Assembly: GCA_034520745.1 (NCBI GenBank)
Contig: JAXHNF010000009.1
Span: 15,587-79,586, forward strand
Source of the DNA: Alkalibacterium sp.
Lineage (GTDB): Bacteria > Bacillota > Bacilli > Lactobacillales > Carnobacteriaceae_A
Direction: 5' to 3'
Length of the DNA: 64,000 nt
Position 1 is the first letter of the stretch. Each line of letters begins with the position of its first letter. Below the pieces are notes generated by a model, which had not been told where the DNA came from, ran no database searches, and worked only from the letters and a program-made list of their open reading frames with translations. The translations under genes and the position numbers were made by a program. This document shows positions 44,866 to 56,914 of the stretch, piece after piece.

Positions 44866-44909
44866 GAAAAAGGCACATTCTGGTTTCAAGTCAGAATGTG
44901 CCTTTTTTC
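44866..44909 (+). terminator. Terminator after the NUDIX gene
   Basis: AAAAAGGCACATTCTG...CAGAATGTGCCTTTTTT. Confidence 0.8.
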
Positions 44910-45200
44910 ATCTCTTCAATACACCTATGTTTTTCCAAGTTACTGTCCAAACCTAATTGTGGAGAGTGACAGAAGGTCATACCATACCTTTTACGCTGTT
45001 CGATACGTATCATTCATGTCGTTACCATTCACGAACATTGGAAAGTGATCAATAATTGTCTTTAGGCATTATGACCCATACTCAATATATTATAAAAAGT
45101 ATAAATTTCAGAAGAGATTTAACGTGAGGCAGTTTTAACCAGTGACATAGGAACAATATGATATACTTTGTATAGAAGTAGAAGAAGGGAGCTTTTTTAA

Positions 45201-45880
45201 GTGAATTTAAAAGAAATGGTCGGCAATAAAGCGGCAGAATTCGTGAAAGACGGCATGGTTGTTGGCTTAGGAACAGGATCGACTGCCTATTATATGGTCG
45301 AAGCGGTAGGCAAGCGTGTGAAGGAAGAGGGACTGTCTATAACCGGAGTCACGACTTCACACAGAACAGCAGACCAGGCCAAAGAGCTGGGAATTCCTTT
45401 GAAAGACATCAATGACGTGGAGAAGATCGATGTCACGATCGACGGTGCGGATGAGATTTCTGACGATTACCAGGGGATCAAAGGGGGCGGCGGCGCTCAT
45501 TTATTTGAAAAAATGGTAGCGAACCAGTCGGATGAAGTGATCTGGATCGTGGATGACAGCAAACTCGTTCATAAACTCGGTGCTTTTCCTTTACCGGTCG
45601 AAGTCGTTAAGTTCGGCTGTCAGCAGGTTTTCCGTGTGTTTGAAGAAAAAGGAATGAAGCCAAGCTTTAGAAAAGATGATAATGATGAGCTGTATCTTGA
45701 CTGATTCAGGGAACTATATCATCGATCTGCATCTGGATCAGATTGATAAGCCGCACGAACTGGCTGTCTGGCTGGATTCTCAAACAGGTGTCGTGGAACA
45801 CGGTCTTGTTCTTAGACTGTGTCACGAAAGTCATTGTAGGGACTGAAGACGGTCCCGAAGTGAAAGACGTTAAGCGCTAA
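45201..45880 (+). CDS. rpiA: Ribose-5-phosphate isomerase A (indels near 3' end)
   Basis: [33 protein letters not shown]. Confidence 0.93.
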
Positions 45881-46007
45881 TTGAAAAAGCGATAATAGTT
45901 GAAATGGATGATTCCGTCGGACTTTATTGTTTGAATAGAAGTTCTATTATTGACTAGCTGATATGAAGATTGGAAAATAGCTGGTAAGCCTCAACGAGCG
46001 AAATGAG

Positions 46008-46325
46008 CAACTGAGAGACCGGTTACATCGGACTGCAATAGTGGGAAGCTCGAGCTGGGAAAATTGATAGAGTACCGATTATGCTGGGGCAATAAGCCGG
46101 AACTCGCAGCGGAACCAAGTGAGATGAATGTCTGATATCGGGCGTAGTAGTTTGGAATTCACGGTGGCAAATTAAACTGAGTTCCGGTTGACTAGGCGTA
46201 ATAGCCATGAGTCGCGTCTGAAAAGCGAAATGAATTCGGGTTATCAGCCAATGCGATAACCGAAATTCAATACAGGAAAGTCGGATGAATTCTGATAGTT
46301 ACTCAGGATGCAATAACCGGATATT
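46008..46325. repeat. Degenerate tandem array of about 6 x ~55-bp hairpin units
   Basis: Consensus TGARTTCCGGTTA-N~9-GCAATAACCGGAAYTC recurring near 46010, 46068, 46124, 46177, 46230, 46285. Confidence 0.6.
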
Positions 46326-46385
46326 TTAAGAGCTTTAAATCGGAAGAAGGCGGCCTCAAGCCGCCTTCCACTTCTTGATTAAACA

Positions 46386-46439
46386 AAAAGACTGTGTTTA
46401 CCTGGAGAGATTTACTCTCAGCGGGTAACACAGTCTTTT
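46386..46439 (-). terminator. Terminator of kbl-tdh
   Basis: AAAAAGACTGTGTT...AACACAGTCTTTT. Confidence 0.75.
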
Positions 46440-46457
46440 CAACTTTAATGCATCTGA

Positions 46458-47408
46458 TTATAGTTCTTTTTTCTTCAATTCGTTCAGCATGTCTGCTGTC
46501 ATTTTCTCCAGATCATACTTCGGAGAGAAGTCCCATTCTTCCTGGGCAGCAGATGTGTCGATGGCATTCGGCCATGACTCGGCGATGCCTTGTCTGACAG
46601 GATCCACATCATAAGTCAGAGTGAATTCAGGCATGTGCTTCTGGATCGCACGTTCGATATCTTCCGGTGCGATACTCATTGCACTGACGTTGTAGGCATT
46701 GCGATTTTTCAGTTGCTCAGACGGTGCTTCCATCAGCTGGATGATCAGATCGACGGCATCGGGCATGTACATCATATCCATGTGGGTACCTTCAGCTATG
46801 AATGAAGCATAGGTGCTGTTTTTCAGAGCCTCGTAATAGATGTCGACAGCGTAATCTGTCGTTCCGCCACCCGGCAGTGTAGCGTGGGAAATCAGTCCCG
46901 GGAAACGCACGCTGCGTGTGTCGACGCCGAATTTCTGGAAGTAGTAATCCCCCAAGAGCTCGCCGCTCACTTTCGTCACGCCGTACATTGTCGTCGGACG
47001 CTGAATGGTGACTTGAGGGGTCTGGTCTTTAGGTGTTTCAGGTCCAAAAGCACCAATCGAACTTGGGGTAAAGAACTTCAGGTTATGTTCACGGGCTATT
47101 TCGAGTGCGTTAAGTAAACCACCCATGTTCAGATCCCAGGCAAGTTTGGGTTTGGCTTCAGCGACGGCTGAAAGCAGCGCGGCTAGATGAATGAATGTAT
47201 CCACTTCATACTTTTCAACCAGCTCATTCATGCGGTCAAAATCAGTGACATCCAGCAGTTCAAAAATGCCGTCCGTAACGACCTGGGAATCTTGAGGGTT
47301 GCGGATGTCTGTTGCAACGACATTGTCTTTGCCATATGATTCTCTTAATTTCAAGGTGAGTTCAGAACCGATCTGTCCTAAAGCACCGGTAATAATAATT
47401 TTTTTCAC
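46458..47408 (-). CDS. L-threonine 3-dehydrogenase (extended SDR type)
   Basis: [46 protein letters not shown]; downstream of kbl. Confidence 0.88.
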   Translation of the reverse strand: MKKIIITGALGQIGSELTLKLRESYGKDNVVATDIRNPQDSQVVTDGIFELLDVTDFDRMNELVEKYEVDTFIHLAALLSAVAEAKPKLAWDLNMGGLLNALEIAREHNLKFFTPSSIGAFGPETPKDQTPQVTIQRPTTMYGVTKVSGELLGDYYFQKFGVDTRSVRFPGLISHATLPGGGTTDYAVDIYYEALKNSTYASFIAEGTHMDMMYMPDAVDLIIQLMEAPSEQLKNRNAYNVSAMSIAPEDIERAIQKHMPEFTLTYDVDPVRQGIAESWPNAIDTSAAQEEWDFSPKYDLEKMTADMLNELKKKEL

Positions 47409-47497
47409 AACTAATCCTCCGATATATATTTTTTAAAACATGAGAAGAAAGAGAAAGAACAGTCAAGTTCGTTTCTCTTTCGCTCAATTCAGTTTAT

Positions 47498-48693
47498 TTA
47501 TTTGATGACGTCCAGTTCTTTACCAACTTTTTCATAAGTGGCCAGGACCTGATCAAGCATTTCTTTGGTGTGTGCAGCACTTGGCATATTTCTGACACGG
47601 CCAGTCCCTCTGGGAACGGTAGGGAAGACGATGGATTTTGCATAGATGCCTTCTTCTGTCAGACGTTTTGAGAATGTCTGAGTCAGTTTTTCTTCACCGA
47701 TAATACATGGTGTGATCGGTGTTTCTGAATTACCGATATTAAATCCTAAGTTTTTCAGGCCTTCTTTAAGGTAACGGCCGTTTTCCCACAGGCGTTCATT
47801 TTCTTCCGTAGAGCTGGACATGATATCGATTGCTTCGATACATGCTGCGGCAGCGCCGGGTGTAAGTGAGGTCGAGAACAGGAACGGACGTGCACGGACT
47901 TTCAGCCAGTCGATCAGGTTCTGTGTTCCGGCCACATATCCGCCGACAACGCCGACCGCTTTAGACAAAGTGTCCCCATCTGGAAGTCGATCTTGTCCTG
48001 CAGGCCGAAGTGTTTGACTGTTCCGGCACCTTTACCCATGACGCCTGATCCGTGAGCATCATCGACGTAAGTGATCAGATCGAATTCTTCTGCAATTTCC
48101 ACGATACCCGGGAGATTGGCCACGTCGCCGTCCATTGAAAAGACGCCGTCAGTGATATACATGATTTTTTCGTACTGGCCACTTTCTGTTGCCTCTTTGG
48201 CTTTGGCACGCAGATCATCCATGTCCTGATGCTTGACGCGGATGACTTTTGCACCGGAGAGACGGCAGCCGTCGATGATCGATGCATGGTTCAGTTCGTC
48301 TGAGAGGATGGCGTCTTTTTTGTTCATTACGGCAGAAATGGCACCCATATTACAGTTGAATCCGGACTGGAAAGCCACAGCTGCTTCGGTATGCTTGAAC
48401 GCCGCAAGTTTCGATTCCAGCTCTTCATGGATCGCTTGCGTACCATTGATCGTACGTACGGCACCTGCACCGACGCCGAATGTATTGGTTGCTTCATTTG
48501 CCTTGGTTTTTAAACGTTCGTCATTTGCGAATCCCAAGTAATTGTTGGAAGACATATTGATCAGTTTCTGCCCGTCGATCGTGATTTCCGCACCGTTGGG
48601 TCCTTCAAGCACGTCAATTTCGTTGTACAGGCCGTTATCTTTCAGTTCCTGCAGATTATCTTCTAAAAAGGTATTCAATTTTTGACTAGTCAT
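47498..48693 (-). CDS. kbl: Glycine C-acetyltransferase (2-amino-3-ketobutyrate CoA ligase), indel near 47970
   Basis: [41 protein letters not shown]. Confidence 0.88.
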
Positions 48694-48878
48694 GAAATCT
48701 CTCCTTTTATAAGTGTTTTGATGCTTCACTTGTAATTTTACCACTCTTTGTAAACATCGTATAGTAATGATAAGATTTATTGGAATATTCTTATCATCTC
48801 TTAGTTTAAATACCTTAATCTTTTGGGATATATGATAAACTAAATAATATAAGTAAATTTGACAGGAGTGGAACAGTT

Positions 48879-50181
48879 ATGAGAATGGTTGATCTGATTG
48901 AAAAGAAACAGCATAAGAAAGCGTTGACAGAAGAGGAAATCAAGTGGATGATACAGGGGTACACAAGTGAATCGATCCCCGATTATCAGATGAGTGCAAT
49001 GGCAATGGCAATCTACTTCAACGGGATGGATAATGCCGAGCGCAGGTGCCCTGACAATGGCTATCGTTGAGTCAGGCGAACAAATCGATCTGTCTACGAT
49101 CGAAGGCGTCAAAGTCGATAAGCATTCAACAGGTGGCGTGGGCGATACGACTACACTGATCCTGGCTCCTTTAGTTGCGAGCGTAGGCGTGCCTTTTGCA
49201 AAAATGAGCGGCCGTGGACTTGGACACACTGGCGGAACGATCGATAAGCTGGAAGCAATCCCCGGGTTTAATGTGGAAGTGACGCAGGACAGATTCGTCG
49301 AACTGGTCAATAAAAACAAAGTCGCTGTTGTTGGACAATCCGGCAACCTGACCCCGGCAGACAAGAAACTATATGCCCTGCGTGACGTGACGGGCACAGT
49401 GGAATCGATCCCGCTGATCGCGAGTTCGATCATGAGCAAGAAAATCGCTGCCGGAGCCGATGCCATTGTTTTAGATGTCAAGACAGGTGCCGGCGCCTTC
49501 ATGAAGAGTGTCGAGCAGGCAAAAGAGCTGGCAGAAACAATGGTCAGCATCGGTGAAGCGGTTGGAAGAAACACGATGGCGGTCATCTCGGATATGAGTC
49601 AGCCTCTGGGCAATGCGATCGGCAACAGTCTGGAAGTAAAAGAAGCGATCGATACACTTAAAGGTCACGGACCAGAAGATCTGACAGAACTGTGTCTCGT
49701 TTTGGGCAGTCAGATGGCCTACCTCGGTGGCGTTGGATCATCACTTGAAGAGGCACGGGTAAAACTGGAAGAAAATCTGCATAACGGCAAAGCGCTGGAC
49801 GTCTTTAAAGTATTTGTGGAAGCTCAGGGCGGCGATCCGTCAGTGGCTGACGATCCGGATGGCGTCCTTCCCAAGGCACAGTATTCCCAGGACGTCCTGG
49901 CAAAAGAGTCCGGCAAGGTCTCTGAAATCGTGGCCGATCAGATCGGTATCGCAGCTATGATGCTGGGAGCCGGCCGGGAAACAAAAGAGAGTGACATCGA
50001 TTTAGCTGCAGGCATTTACATGCACAAGAAAATCGGTGATTCTGTAGAAAAAGATGAAGCCCTCGTCACGGTCTATTCAAACAAGGAAATCAAAGACGAA
50101 GTGATCAGTAAAATTCTTGACAATATCACTGTGTCAGAGTCAGCTGATGTTCCTGCTCTGATCCACGAGATCATTCAATAA
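48879..50181 (+). CDS. pdp: Pyrimidine-nucleoside phosphorylase, indel near 49040
   Basis: [43 protein letters not shown]. Confidence 0.95.
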
Positions 50182-50280
50182 TTAGATGGACCAGCGATCG
50201 ACAGCCGACAGAAGAATCCAATGTAGAATGCTTTTTATCCGATAGGGAATGAAAAAGAATTTTAAGGAGGAGAATCAGTT

Positions 50281-50628
50281 ATGCTGATCAGAACAAATGA
50301 ACGGCCGAATGTTATTGAACTGGTGATCGATGAAGAAATAACAGAAGAAGACATCAGGGAGTTTGAAAAATACTTCAGTCAGAAGAAAGAAAATCAGAGT
50401 AAGATAAATATGCTCATAGATATCAAAGACATCGACTATTCTTTAGACGGCTTTCTTGCAGATGCAAAATTCACGACCTCTCACCTGGATGATTTCGATA
50501 AGGTGGCTATGGTCAGTGATGAGAACTGGATAGAAACGGTGAATAAACTTGCCGATTTGATGCCGGATGTCGAAGTGGCCCATTTTGACCCCGACGAAAA
50601 AGACAAAGCACTGGCCTGGCTGAGCTGA
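50281..50628 (+). CDS. STAS/SEC14 (SpoIIAA-like) domain protein
   Basis: 115 aa; F.KVAMVSD..W and F.PDE.DKALAWL pattern. Confidence 0.7.
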   Translation: MLIRTNERPNVIELVIDEEITEEDIREFEKYFSQKKENQSKINMLIDIKDIDYSLDGFLADAKFTTSHLDDFDKVAMVSDENWIETVNKLADLMPDVEVAHFDPDEKDKALAWLS

Positions 50629-50759
50629 AGCAAAAGTCGATAAATAAGAGATGCGCAGGATACTATTTGTATCTTTCGCATCTCTTTATTTTTGAATAAA
50701 AAGATATGCTATACTGATAGGACAGTGATTTCATGATTTAGACGAAGGGAGAAAGAGCG

Positions 50760-51464
50760 ATGAGCAACGAAACAGTAAAGAGCGGGATGAAAGCCAGCGC
50801 TCCCATCATGATCAGCTATGCCATTTTAGGAATAGCCTGTGGCATTGTGTTATATGATGCCGGCTTCGGTCTGTCAGCTATTTTTCTTATGAGCGCGCTG
50901 CTTTTCGCAGGAGCCGCTCAGTTTCTGACAGCCGGGATGGTGGTTGCTGGGGCGAGTTTTCCATCCATTGTTCTGATGGTCTTTTTCCTGAATTTGAGAC
51001 ACCTGCTGATGTCGGCCAGCATCTCAAGACACGTAAAGGAAAAAACGATCGGATTCATCGGTCTCTTCAGTCACACGCTGTCTGACGAGACATTCGGTAT
51101 CAATTATTCCAGGTTTGAAAAAGGAGACTGGACGCCGAACGAAGCCATCGTCACGAATCTGGTCAGCTATAGTACCTGGGTAATGAGCACCGTCATCGGC
51201 GGAGCGATCGGCAGCCAGTTTGCCATCAATACAATGATCATGAATTATGCTCTGATCGCCATGTTTTTATGCATGATGGTCCAGCAGTTCGTCTCCAGAG
51301 CCCATGTGATTGCCGGGGGGGCAGCTGTGCTGCTGACAATCGGTCTGAAAATCATCCTGCAGCACAATATTGCTCTGGTTATTGCTGCCGTCCTTGCCTC
51401 CTGCGTGGGGTATATCCTTGAAAAGTCTGAGGCAAGAGCGGAAGGAGTGAGGGCAAGTGAATAG
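50760..51464 (+). CDS. azlC: AzlC family branched-chain amino acid exporter subunit
   Basis: FAGAAQF, NLRHLLMS, LSDETFG. Confidence 0.88.
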   Translation: MSNETVKSGMKASAPIMISYAILGIACGIVLYDAGFGLSAIFLMSALLFAGAAQFLTAGMVVAGASFPSIVLMVFFLNLRHLLMSASISRHVKEKTIGFIGLFSHTLSDETFGINYSRFEKGDWTPNEAIVTNLVSYSTWVMSTVIGGAIGSQFAINTMIMNYALIAMFLCMMVQQFVSRAHVIAGGAAVLLTIGLKIILQHNIALVIAAVLASCVGYILEKSEARAEGVRASE

Positions 51465-51780
51465 CGAGTCCCTTTATCTGATCCTGGGTATGGCGGTCGT
51501 TACGTTCCTGCCCCGTTCCCTGCCTGTGCTGTTTTTAAGCCGAAAGGAGATTTCACCTTCCTTCAGCCGGTGGCTGTCGTTTATTCCCGTCTCGATCTTT
51601 GCCGCACTCGTAAGTTCAGATGTTTTTTTCTGGGAAGGAAGTTTTTCTCTTCTGCCATTTACAAACATCAAACTTATCCCTTCCCTGGTCGTTCTGCTCG
51701 TGGCGCTTAAAACGAAGAGTTTATTGTGGTCTATGATCACCGGTGTGCTGACGCTATTTTTACTTTATCTGACATTTTAA
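51457..51780 (+). CDS. azlD: AzlD domain protein
   Basis: GMAVVTFLPRSLP, W LSFIPVSIFAAL; overlaps azlC stop. Confidence 0.85.
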   Translation: MNSESLYLILGMAVVTFLPRSLPVLFLSRKEISPSFSRWLSFIPVSIFAALVSSDVFFWEGSFSLLPFTNIKLIPSLVVLLVALKTKSLLWSMITGVLTLFLLYLTF

Positions 51781-51788
51781 GAGGAGAG

Positions 51789-52250
51789 ATGGAAATGGAT
51801 TATCATATTATTTCACCAGCAGATGATCTGTGGCTTAAAGTCGCCGCTTTCGCGAAATCGTGTTCCTGGTCGGCAGCCGATAAGTTAGGTGAGCAGATGG
51901 CTGTGAATGATTTTCTGGACTGGGAACGTGTCCTGGTTGCGATGGAAGGTGATCGAATCGCGGGTTACTGCACGCTGACCGAAAAAGACTCGCTGACTGA
52001 AACAGAATTCACACCGTTCATCGGCTACGTTTTTGTAGACGAACAGTTCAGAGGAGAGAGACTAAGTGAACAGATGGTTCGCATGGCCTCGCTTTACCTT
52101 GAACGCTTGGGCTACAGCACTGTTTATATCTACACTGGGCATGTCGGCCTGTATGAAAAATACGGGTTTGAAGTTGTCAAACGGTGGATGAAGGAAAATA
52201 ATGAAGAACGAATGATCTTATCAAAAAAAATAAAAAACAGTCATGATTAA
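51789..52250 (+). CDS. GNAT acetyltransferase
   Basis: PFIGYVFVDEQFRGERLS, GLYEKYGF; GAGGAG RBS. Confidence 0.8.
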   Translation: MEMDYHIISPADDLWLKVAAFAKSCSWSAADKLGEQMAVNDFLDWERVLVAMEGDRIAGYCTLTEKDSLTETEFTPFIGYVFVDEQFRGERLSEQMVRMASLYLERLGYSTVYIYTGHVGLYEKYGFEVVKRWMKENNEERMILSKKIKNSHD

Positions 52251-52266
52251 ATTCATGGCTGTTTTT

Positions 52267-52767
52267 TTACCAGTCAATCGATGAGTCATTTAAAATCCGC
52301 TCACCGAGCACATTGGCCCAGGTCTCTGTCCAGCAGAAGGAATAGGGGACACCGTATTTTTTCCTAAGGTGCCTGTACCGTTTCGTGCGTGACCAGGACC
52401 AGGAGACGGTTCCTATGATCAGCAGATACAAAGGACCAAGCATGAGCGACTGATAGGTATGGCCGTACTCGTGGACAGCTATCCGGTCACAGCGGTCTTT
52501 CAGACGCTGCTCGTTGCCGTTCATGCGTTTAAGCAGGTGCTCGTTTTTATCATCGGGAGTGAAAATAAACAGACCGAGAGATATCCCGTTCATGGTCGCC
52601 CACTTTGTCCGGATACTGCCGTGATAAAACTCATGCGGTGCACCCAGATGGAAAAAGAACAGAACGAAACCTGCGAGGCTTTGGAAAAACCCCCAGGTCA
52701 GCTGCAGGAAGATATAGACAGGCAGCCAGAAATAAGTGAATAAGCGTGTTGAGTCTCTTTTTTTCAT
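52267..52767 (-). CDS. Hypothetical membrane protein with HExxH motif
   Basis: TM segments; HEYGH; GPLYLLIIG; WTETWAN. Confidence 0.65.
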   Translation of the reverse strand: MKKRDSTRLFTYFWLPVYIFLQLTWGFFQSLAGFVLFFFHLGAPHEFYHGSIRTKWATMNGISLGLFIFTPDDKNEHLLKRMNGNEQRLKDRCDRIAVHEYGHTYQSLMLGPLYLLIIGTVSWSWSRTKRYRHLRKKYGVPYSFCWTETWANVLGERILNDSSIDW

Positions 52768-52806
52768 GATCAGCCTTCTTTACATATCAGAGTATAAAAA
52801 CGATCC

Positions 52807-53868
52807 TTAACGGTTTTCAGAGCGGAAACTGTACCGGCGTCTGTCGATGTTTCTGGCCTCGCACCAGTCGGCGGAAGAACCGGAAATGATCAGATCGGTT
52901 TTTTTCAGATCTTCAGTGGAAACTGCTCCCAGCATCGTCATGATGGCTCTGATTTCTTCTTTCCAGTTGTTGATCGTTGTGATCGTCTTGTCCACATCAT
53001 CCAGGGCCATGTGCATGATCTGGCTCGAAAGTCCGTTGATCGAAGCACCGAGGGCCAGTGATTTGACGATTTCCATAGGCCGACGTATGCCGCCGGAGGC
53101 AATGATAGAGGCCTTCCCGGCGGTTTCCTGAGCTTCGAGCAGAGAAACAACAGTGGACTGGCCCCAGGCTTCAAAGTCGTCCAGTTTGTAATCCTTTCTG
53201 CGGTAATTCTCGATCTGAGCAAAGTTCGTGCCCCCTCTTCCACTGACATCGATCAGTTTTACACCGATGGATTCAAGCAGTTCGACGGTTTCTCTGGACA
53301 TGCCGAATCCCACTTCCTTGACGATGACCGGCAGAGGCAAGCCGTTTACGATAGACTGGAGATTTTCCAGCCATTTTGAAAATTCCCGGTCGCCTTCAGG
53401 CATGACGATTTCCTGAGGGGCATTCAGATGGATCTGAATAGCATCGGCATCAAGCAGATCAACGGCGCGTTTGGCATTTTCCAGACCGTGCCCGGCGCCG
53501 AGATTGGCAAAGATCAGCCCATTGGGATGGGTCTGGCGCACGATCTTGAACGTATCGGCCTGAGCGGGGTTTTTGAGTGCGGCACTGACAGACCCTGTGG
53601 CCATCGCCAGATCAGTTTCCCGGGCGATGATGGCCAGTTTTTCGTTCACTTTACCCGTCCAGGCACTGCCTCCCGACATGGCGTTGATGAAGAAAGGTGC
53701 TGAAAACTGGAGGCTGCCTAAAGAAACGGAAAGGTCCACATCCCTGACGTCGCGTTGAGGCAAAGAGTGATGAATGAACCGGATATCTTTGAAAGACGAG
53801 TCGCCCCGGTCATAAAATTTTTCGGATAAGGATACATGTTCATTCTTGCGGTTATTGGTTTTCGGCAT
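52807..53868 (-). CDS. fni: Type 2 isopentenyl-diphosphate delta-isomerase
   Basis: RKNEH, INAMSGG, HLNAPQE..MPEGDR, VKEVGFG, GRGGTNF, SGGIR. Confidence 0.95.
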   Translation of the reverse strand: MPKTNNRKNEHVSLSEKFYDRGDSSFKDIRFIHHSLPQRDVRDVDLSVSLGSLQFSAPFFINAMSGGSAWTGKVNEKLAIIARETDLAMATGSVSAALKNPAQADTFKIVRQTHPNGLIFANLGAGHGLENAKRAVDLLDADAIQIHLNAPQEIVMPEGDREFSKWLENLQSIVNGLPLPVIVKEVGFGMSRETVELLESIGVKLIDVSGRGGTNFAQIENYRRKDYKLDDFEAWGQSTVVSLLEAQETAGKASIIASGGIRRPMEIVKSLALGASINGLSSQIMHMALDDVDKTITTINNWKEEIRAIMTMLGAVSTEDLKKTDLIISGSSADWCEARNIDRRRYSFRSENR

Positions 53869-53885
53869 AAGTGACACTCCACTTT

Positions 53886-54967
53886 CTATAGATTAGATCG
53901 ATCATAAACACTGAGCGGCAAGGGTTCGATATGGTTTTCCTGCCATTCTTTAAGTATATTGGCTTTCTGCACCGCTGAATCAGTTAGGGCAATGCCGCAG
54001 TCACCGCCGCCGGCCCCGGATGTTTTTGCGGCAGCTCCGTGACTGTCAGCGATAAGGGTCAGTCTTTCCAGCAGGGGGGTCTCCAGAACGACGTTTTTCT
54101 CCTGACTCAGTTCAAGCAGCAATGTCCGGTTATAATGAACAGCTTCTTTCACACGTTCAGGATCATCTGTCTTCAAGCCGTCGATGAGATCCCTTACGCA
54201 TTTTCTGGATTCGGCCAAGAAAGTCTGGTAGTTCATTTTTTCTTGTTCCTGCTGGACAGAAGCAACGTAGGATTCTGTGGAGGCCGGAGAGCCTGTCCAT
54301 CCCACGATCAGCTCCAGAGACTTTGGTTCAGGAAGACGTTCGATCGACAGTTTTGGCCAGGGTTCATTCAGAACGGAAGAAAGCGGCATCTGATTCAGCT
54401 TGTTTTTGACCCGTTTTTTATCAGGACTTGTATAAGCGACCCATCCGGTATAAGTGGCCGCAGCCAAGTCACCCAGAGATCCACGCGAGTTCAGCAAAAT
54501 GTGAGTGACTGCAGCTAGCTTGAAAACCGCTTCGTCGCTCAAAGAAACATCTGCGGCGTCAAGGAGTGCCTTGACGGCTGCGACAGTCACGGCCCCGCTG
54601 GATCCCAGTCCGTATTTTCTGCCGTCAGCGCTGTCCAGTGTACTTTTTACGTCTATGTCATAGTATGGCAGATTGATCCCCATTTCCGAGAGAAACTGTT
54701 CGGTTATTTCCATCGTCTTTAAAAGAATGTCAGCTTTCTCGTTTGTCCGTTCCAGAACGATCTGCTGCCTGTTTCGGTGCCATTTGAGTCTGTGTTCTGA
54801 CAGTTGACTGGAATTGATCGTCCCGTGGTCCTGCTGTGTAGAAGGAGAAAGCGAAACGGTTACGAACCGGTTTACTGCTGCTAAACAGCAGGATGCCCCG
54901 GTTCGACTACAGCATATTCTCCGGCGATATAAAGTTTTCCTGGTGCGTGTGCTTTTGCGTGCTTCAT
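53886..54967 (-). CDS. mvaK2: Phosphomevalonate kinase, indel near 54880
   Basis: APGKLYIAGEYAVVEPG at 5' end, KYGLGSSGAVTV, GWTGSPAST, KTSGAGGGDCGI. Confidence 0.9.
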
Positions 54968-54989
54968 CCTGTCACCTTTTCAAGTAAGA

Positions 54990-55967
54990 TCATTTGTCTG
55001 GACCGGAAACCACGTGGAGACCGGGTCCCGGACGGGCTTCGATGAGCTGACTATCTGAAAAATCGCTGAGCAGATGTTCTTTGATTTCCGGCAGCTGGGA
55101 CTGTCTGCAGATCAGCTTCACGTTCGGACCGGCGTCCATCGTGAAATAAACGGCATACCCCGCCCTTCGCAGATGTTTCACTGCTTCCATGGCCTTGATA
55201 CTGTCCGCTGACCAGTAAGTAAAAGGCGGATCAGCACCAAGCGTGGTGGCATGCATCTTGAGTGCATTGCGTTCGGCGATCTTTCCGACTTCATTGACAT
55301 CCTGAATTTTAATGGCTTGCTTTATTGCAGTCAGGTCATCGTCGAGCGTATCCAGCCAGCCCTGGTAAAAAGGAGAGGTTTTGACCGTGCGCAGCATGCC
55401 TTCCCGGCTGGACACGTCTTTTTCTTGTCGCTCACAACGATGAAAAGCATACCGACGTCCCACTCTGCATCATCAACAGGGACCGCATAAGATGTCTCAT
55501 CACTTGTCCCTTTCTGCCACTCGGCAAAGCCGCCGTAGATACTTCTTGAGGCAGAGCCGGATCCTCTCCGAGCCAATTTTGAAAGCTCGACAGGAGACAG
55601 GTTCAGCCCTGCAGCCAGACTGGCCGCGCCAGCCAGAGCAGCCAGGCCGGAAGCGGAAGACGCCAGACCGGCGGCGGTAGGGACGTGATTGTAACTCTCC
55701 ACTTTGCCTTAGCGGTGATACCGGCTTTTTTTCTAACCAAATCCAGAACAGTTTTCACTTTTTCAAAGCCTCAAGGTCCTGCAGAGCACCATCAAGAAAC
55801 AGCTGGTCTGACTGCAGGCTGTCATCAAACGTGACTTTTGTTTCCGTATAGAACGCATCCAGAGTCAGAGACAGGGAATTGTTCATCGGAATGATCAGTT
55901 CTTCATCTTTTTTGCCCCAATACTTGATCAGGGCGATATTCGTGTGGGCACGTACCCAATTACTCAT
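54990..55967 (-). CDS. mvaD: Diphosphomevalonate decarboxylase (two indels)
   Basis: AHTNIALIKYWGK, PTAAGLASSAS, RRGSGSASRS, TMDAGPNVK. Confidence 0.93.
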
Positions 55968-56914
55968 GAGAATCTTCTCCTAATTTATGGATCCAGGTGT
56001 TTACGGCTCCCTGTTCCATCAGTTTATGTGCAATGTCTTCGGCTTCTGTTTTTGTACGGGTCAAGGCGATCATGCAGCCCCCCCGGCCGCCGCCGGTCAG
56101 TTTGGCTCCCAGAGCTCCGTGGTCAAGCGCTGTTTCAACGAGGTGATCCAGTGTTTCATTGCTGACGTTCAATAGTTTTAGAGAGTCGTGGGCTTCAGTC
56201 ATGAGCCGGCCGAGCGATTCGCACTGATCGGTTTCGATCGCGACCTTCGCGTCAAGCGTCAGCTGACCAATATGAGAAATGACAGCCCTGGTGTCCTTCG
56301 GCTGCTGTTTGAGCAGTTCTTGCAACATCCGAGACAGCCTGCAGTGTCTGTCCTGTTATTCCGGTATCGGCTGCGATCAGGTGCCCCCTGATATTCACAG
56401 AAAGGGTTTCAAAGGCATGGCTTTTTCTGAAATAAACAGGGAGATCACTTCCTGTTACACGGGCATCAATGCCGCTGGGGTTGCCGTGCGCTATTTTTTC
56501 GGACAAATCCACATAATGCAGCAGCTGATCATCGCTGAGTGATACATTAAAAAAACTGAAAAGGGCCCGCACTAAGGCAGTAGCAACAGCAGCGCTGGAT
56601 CCCATTCCTCTTTCAGCAGGGATCGAACTGTTTACGGTCAGAAAAAGATGATCAGTGGACTGATTCAAATCAGAGCTGACTGTCCTGATGAGCTGACTGA
56701 AGTTTTCCAGCGGCTGAGGGGCATCACAGAGTGGCCCCTGGTAGTAGCTGGAATCGATCCAGGATCTATTTAGAGTTTGATTTATGCTGACTTTGACGGG
56801 CGTCGCCTTGAAAGGAAGAGCGATCGCCGGTTCGCCGTATACGACAGCGTGTTCACCGATGAGTATGATTTTTCCGTGAGCAGCTCCAGAAGCCTGCTTA
56901 AACATAGTTTCCAT
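55960..56914 (-). CDS. mvaK1: Mevalonate kinase, indel near 56320
   Basis: HGKIILIGEHAVVYG, GMGSSAA, HGNPSGID, GAKLTGGGRGGC. Confidence 0.93.

Noticed and set aside
46458-48693. kbl-tdh pair as a novel pathway
   Set aside because: Known threonine-to-glycine catabolic pair using the SDR-type dehydrogenase.
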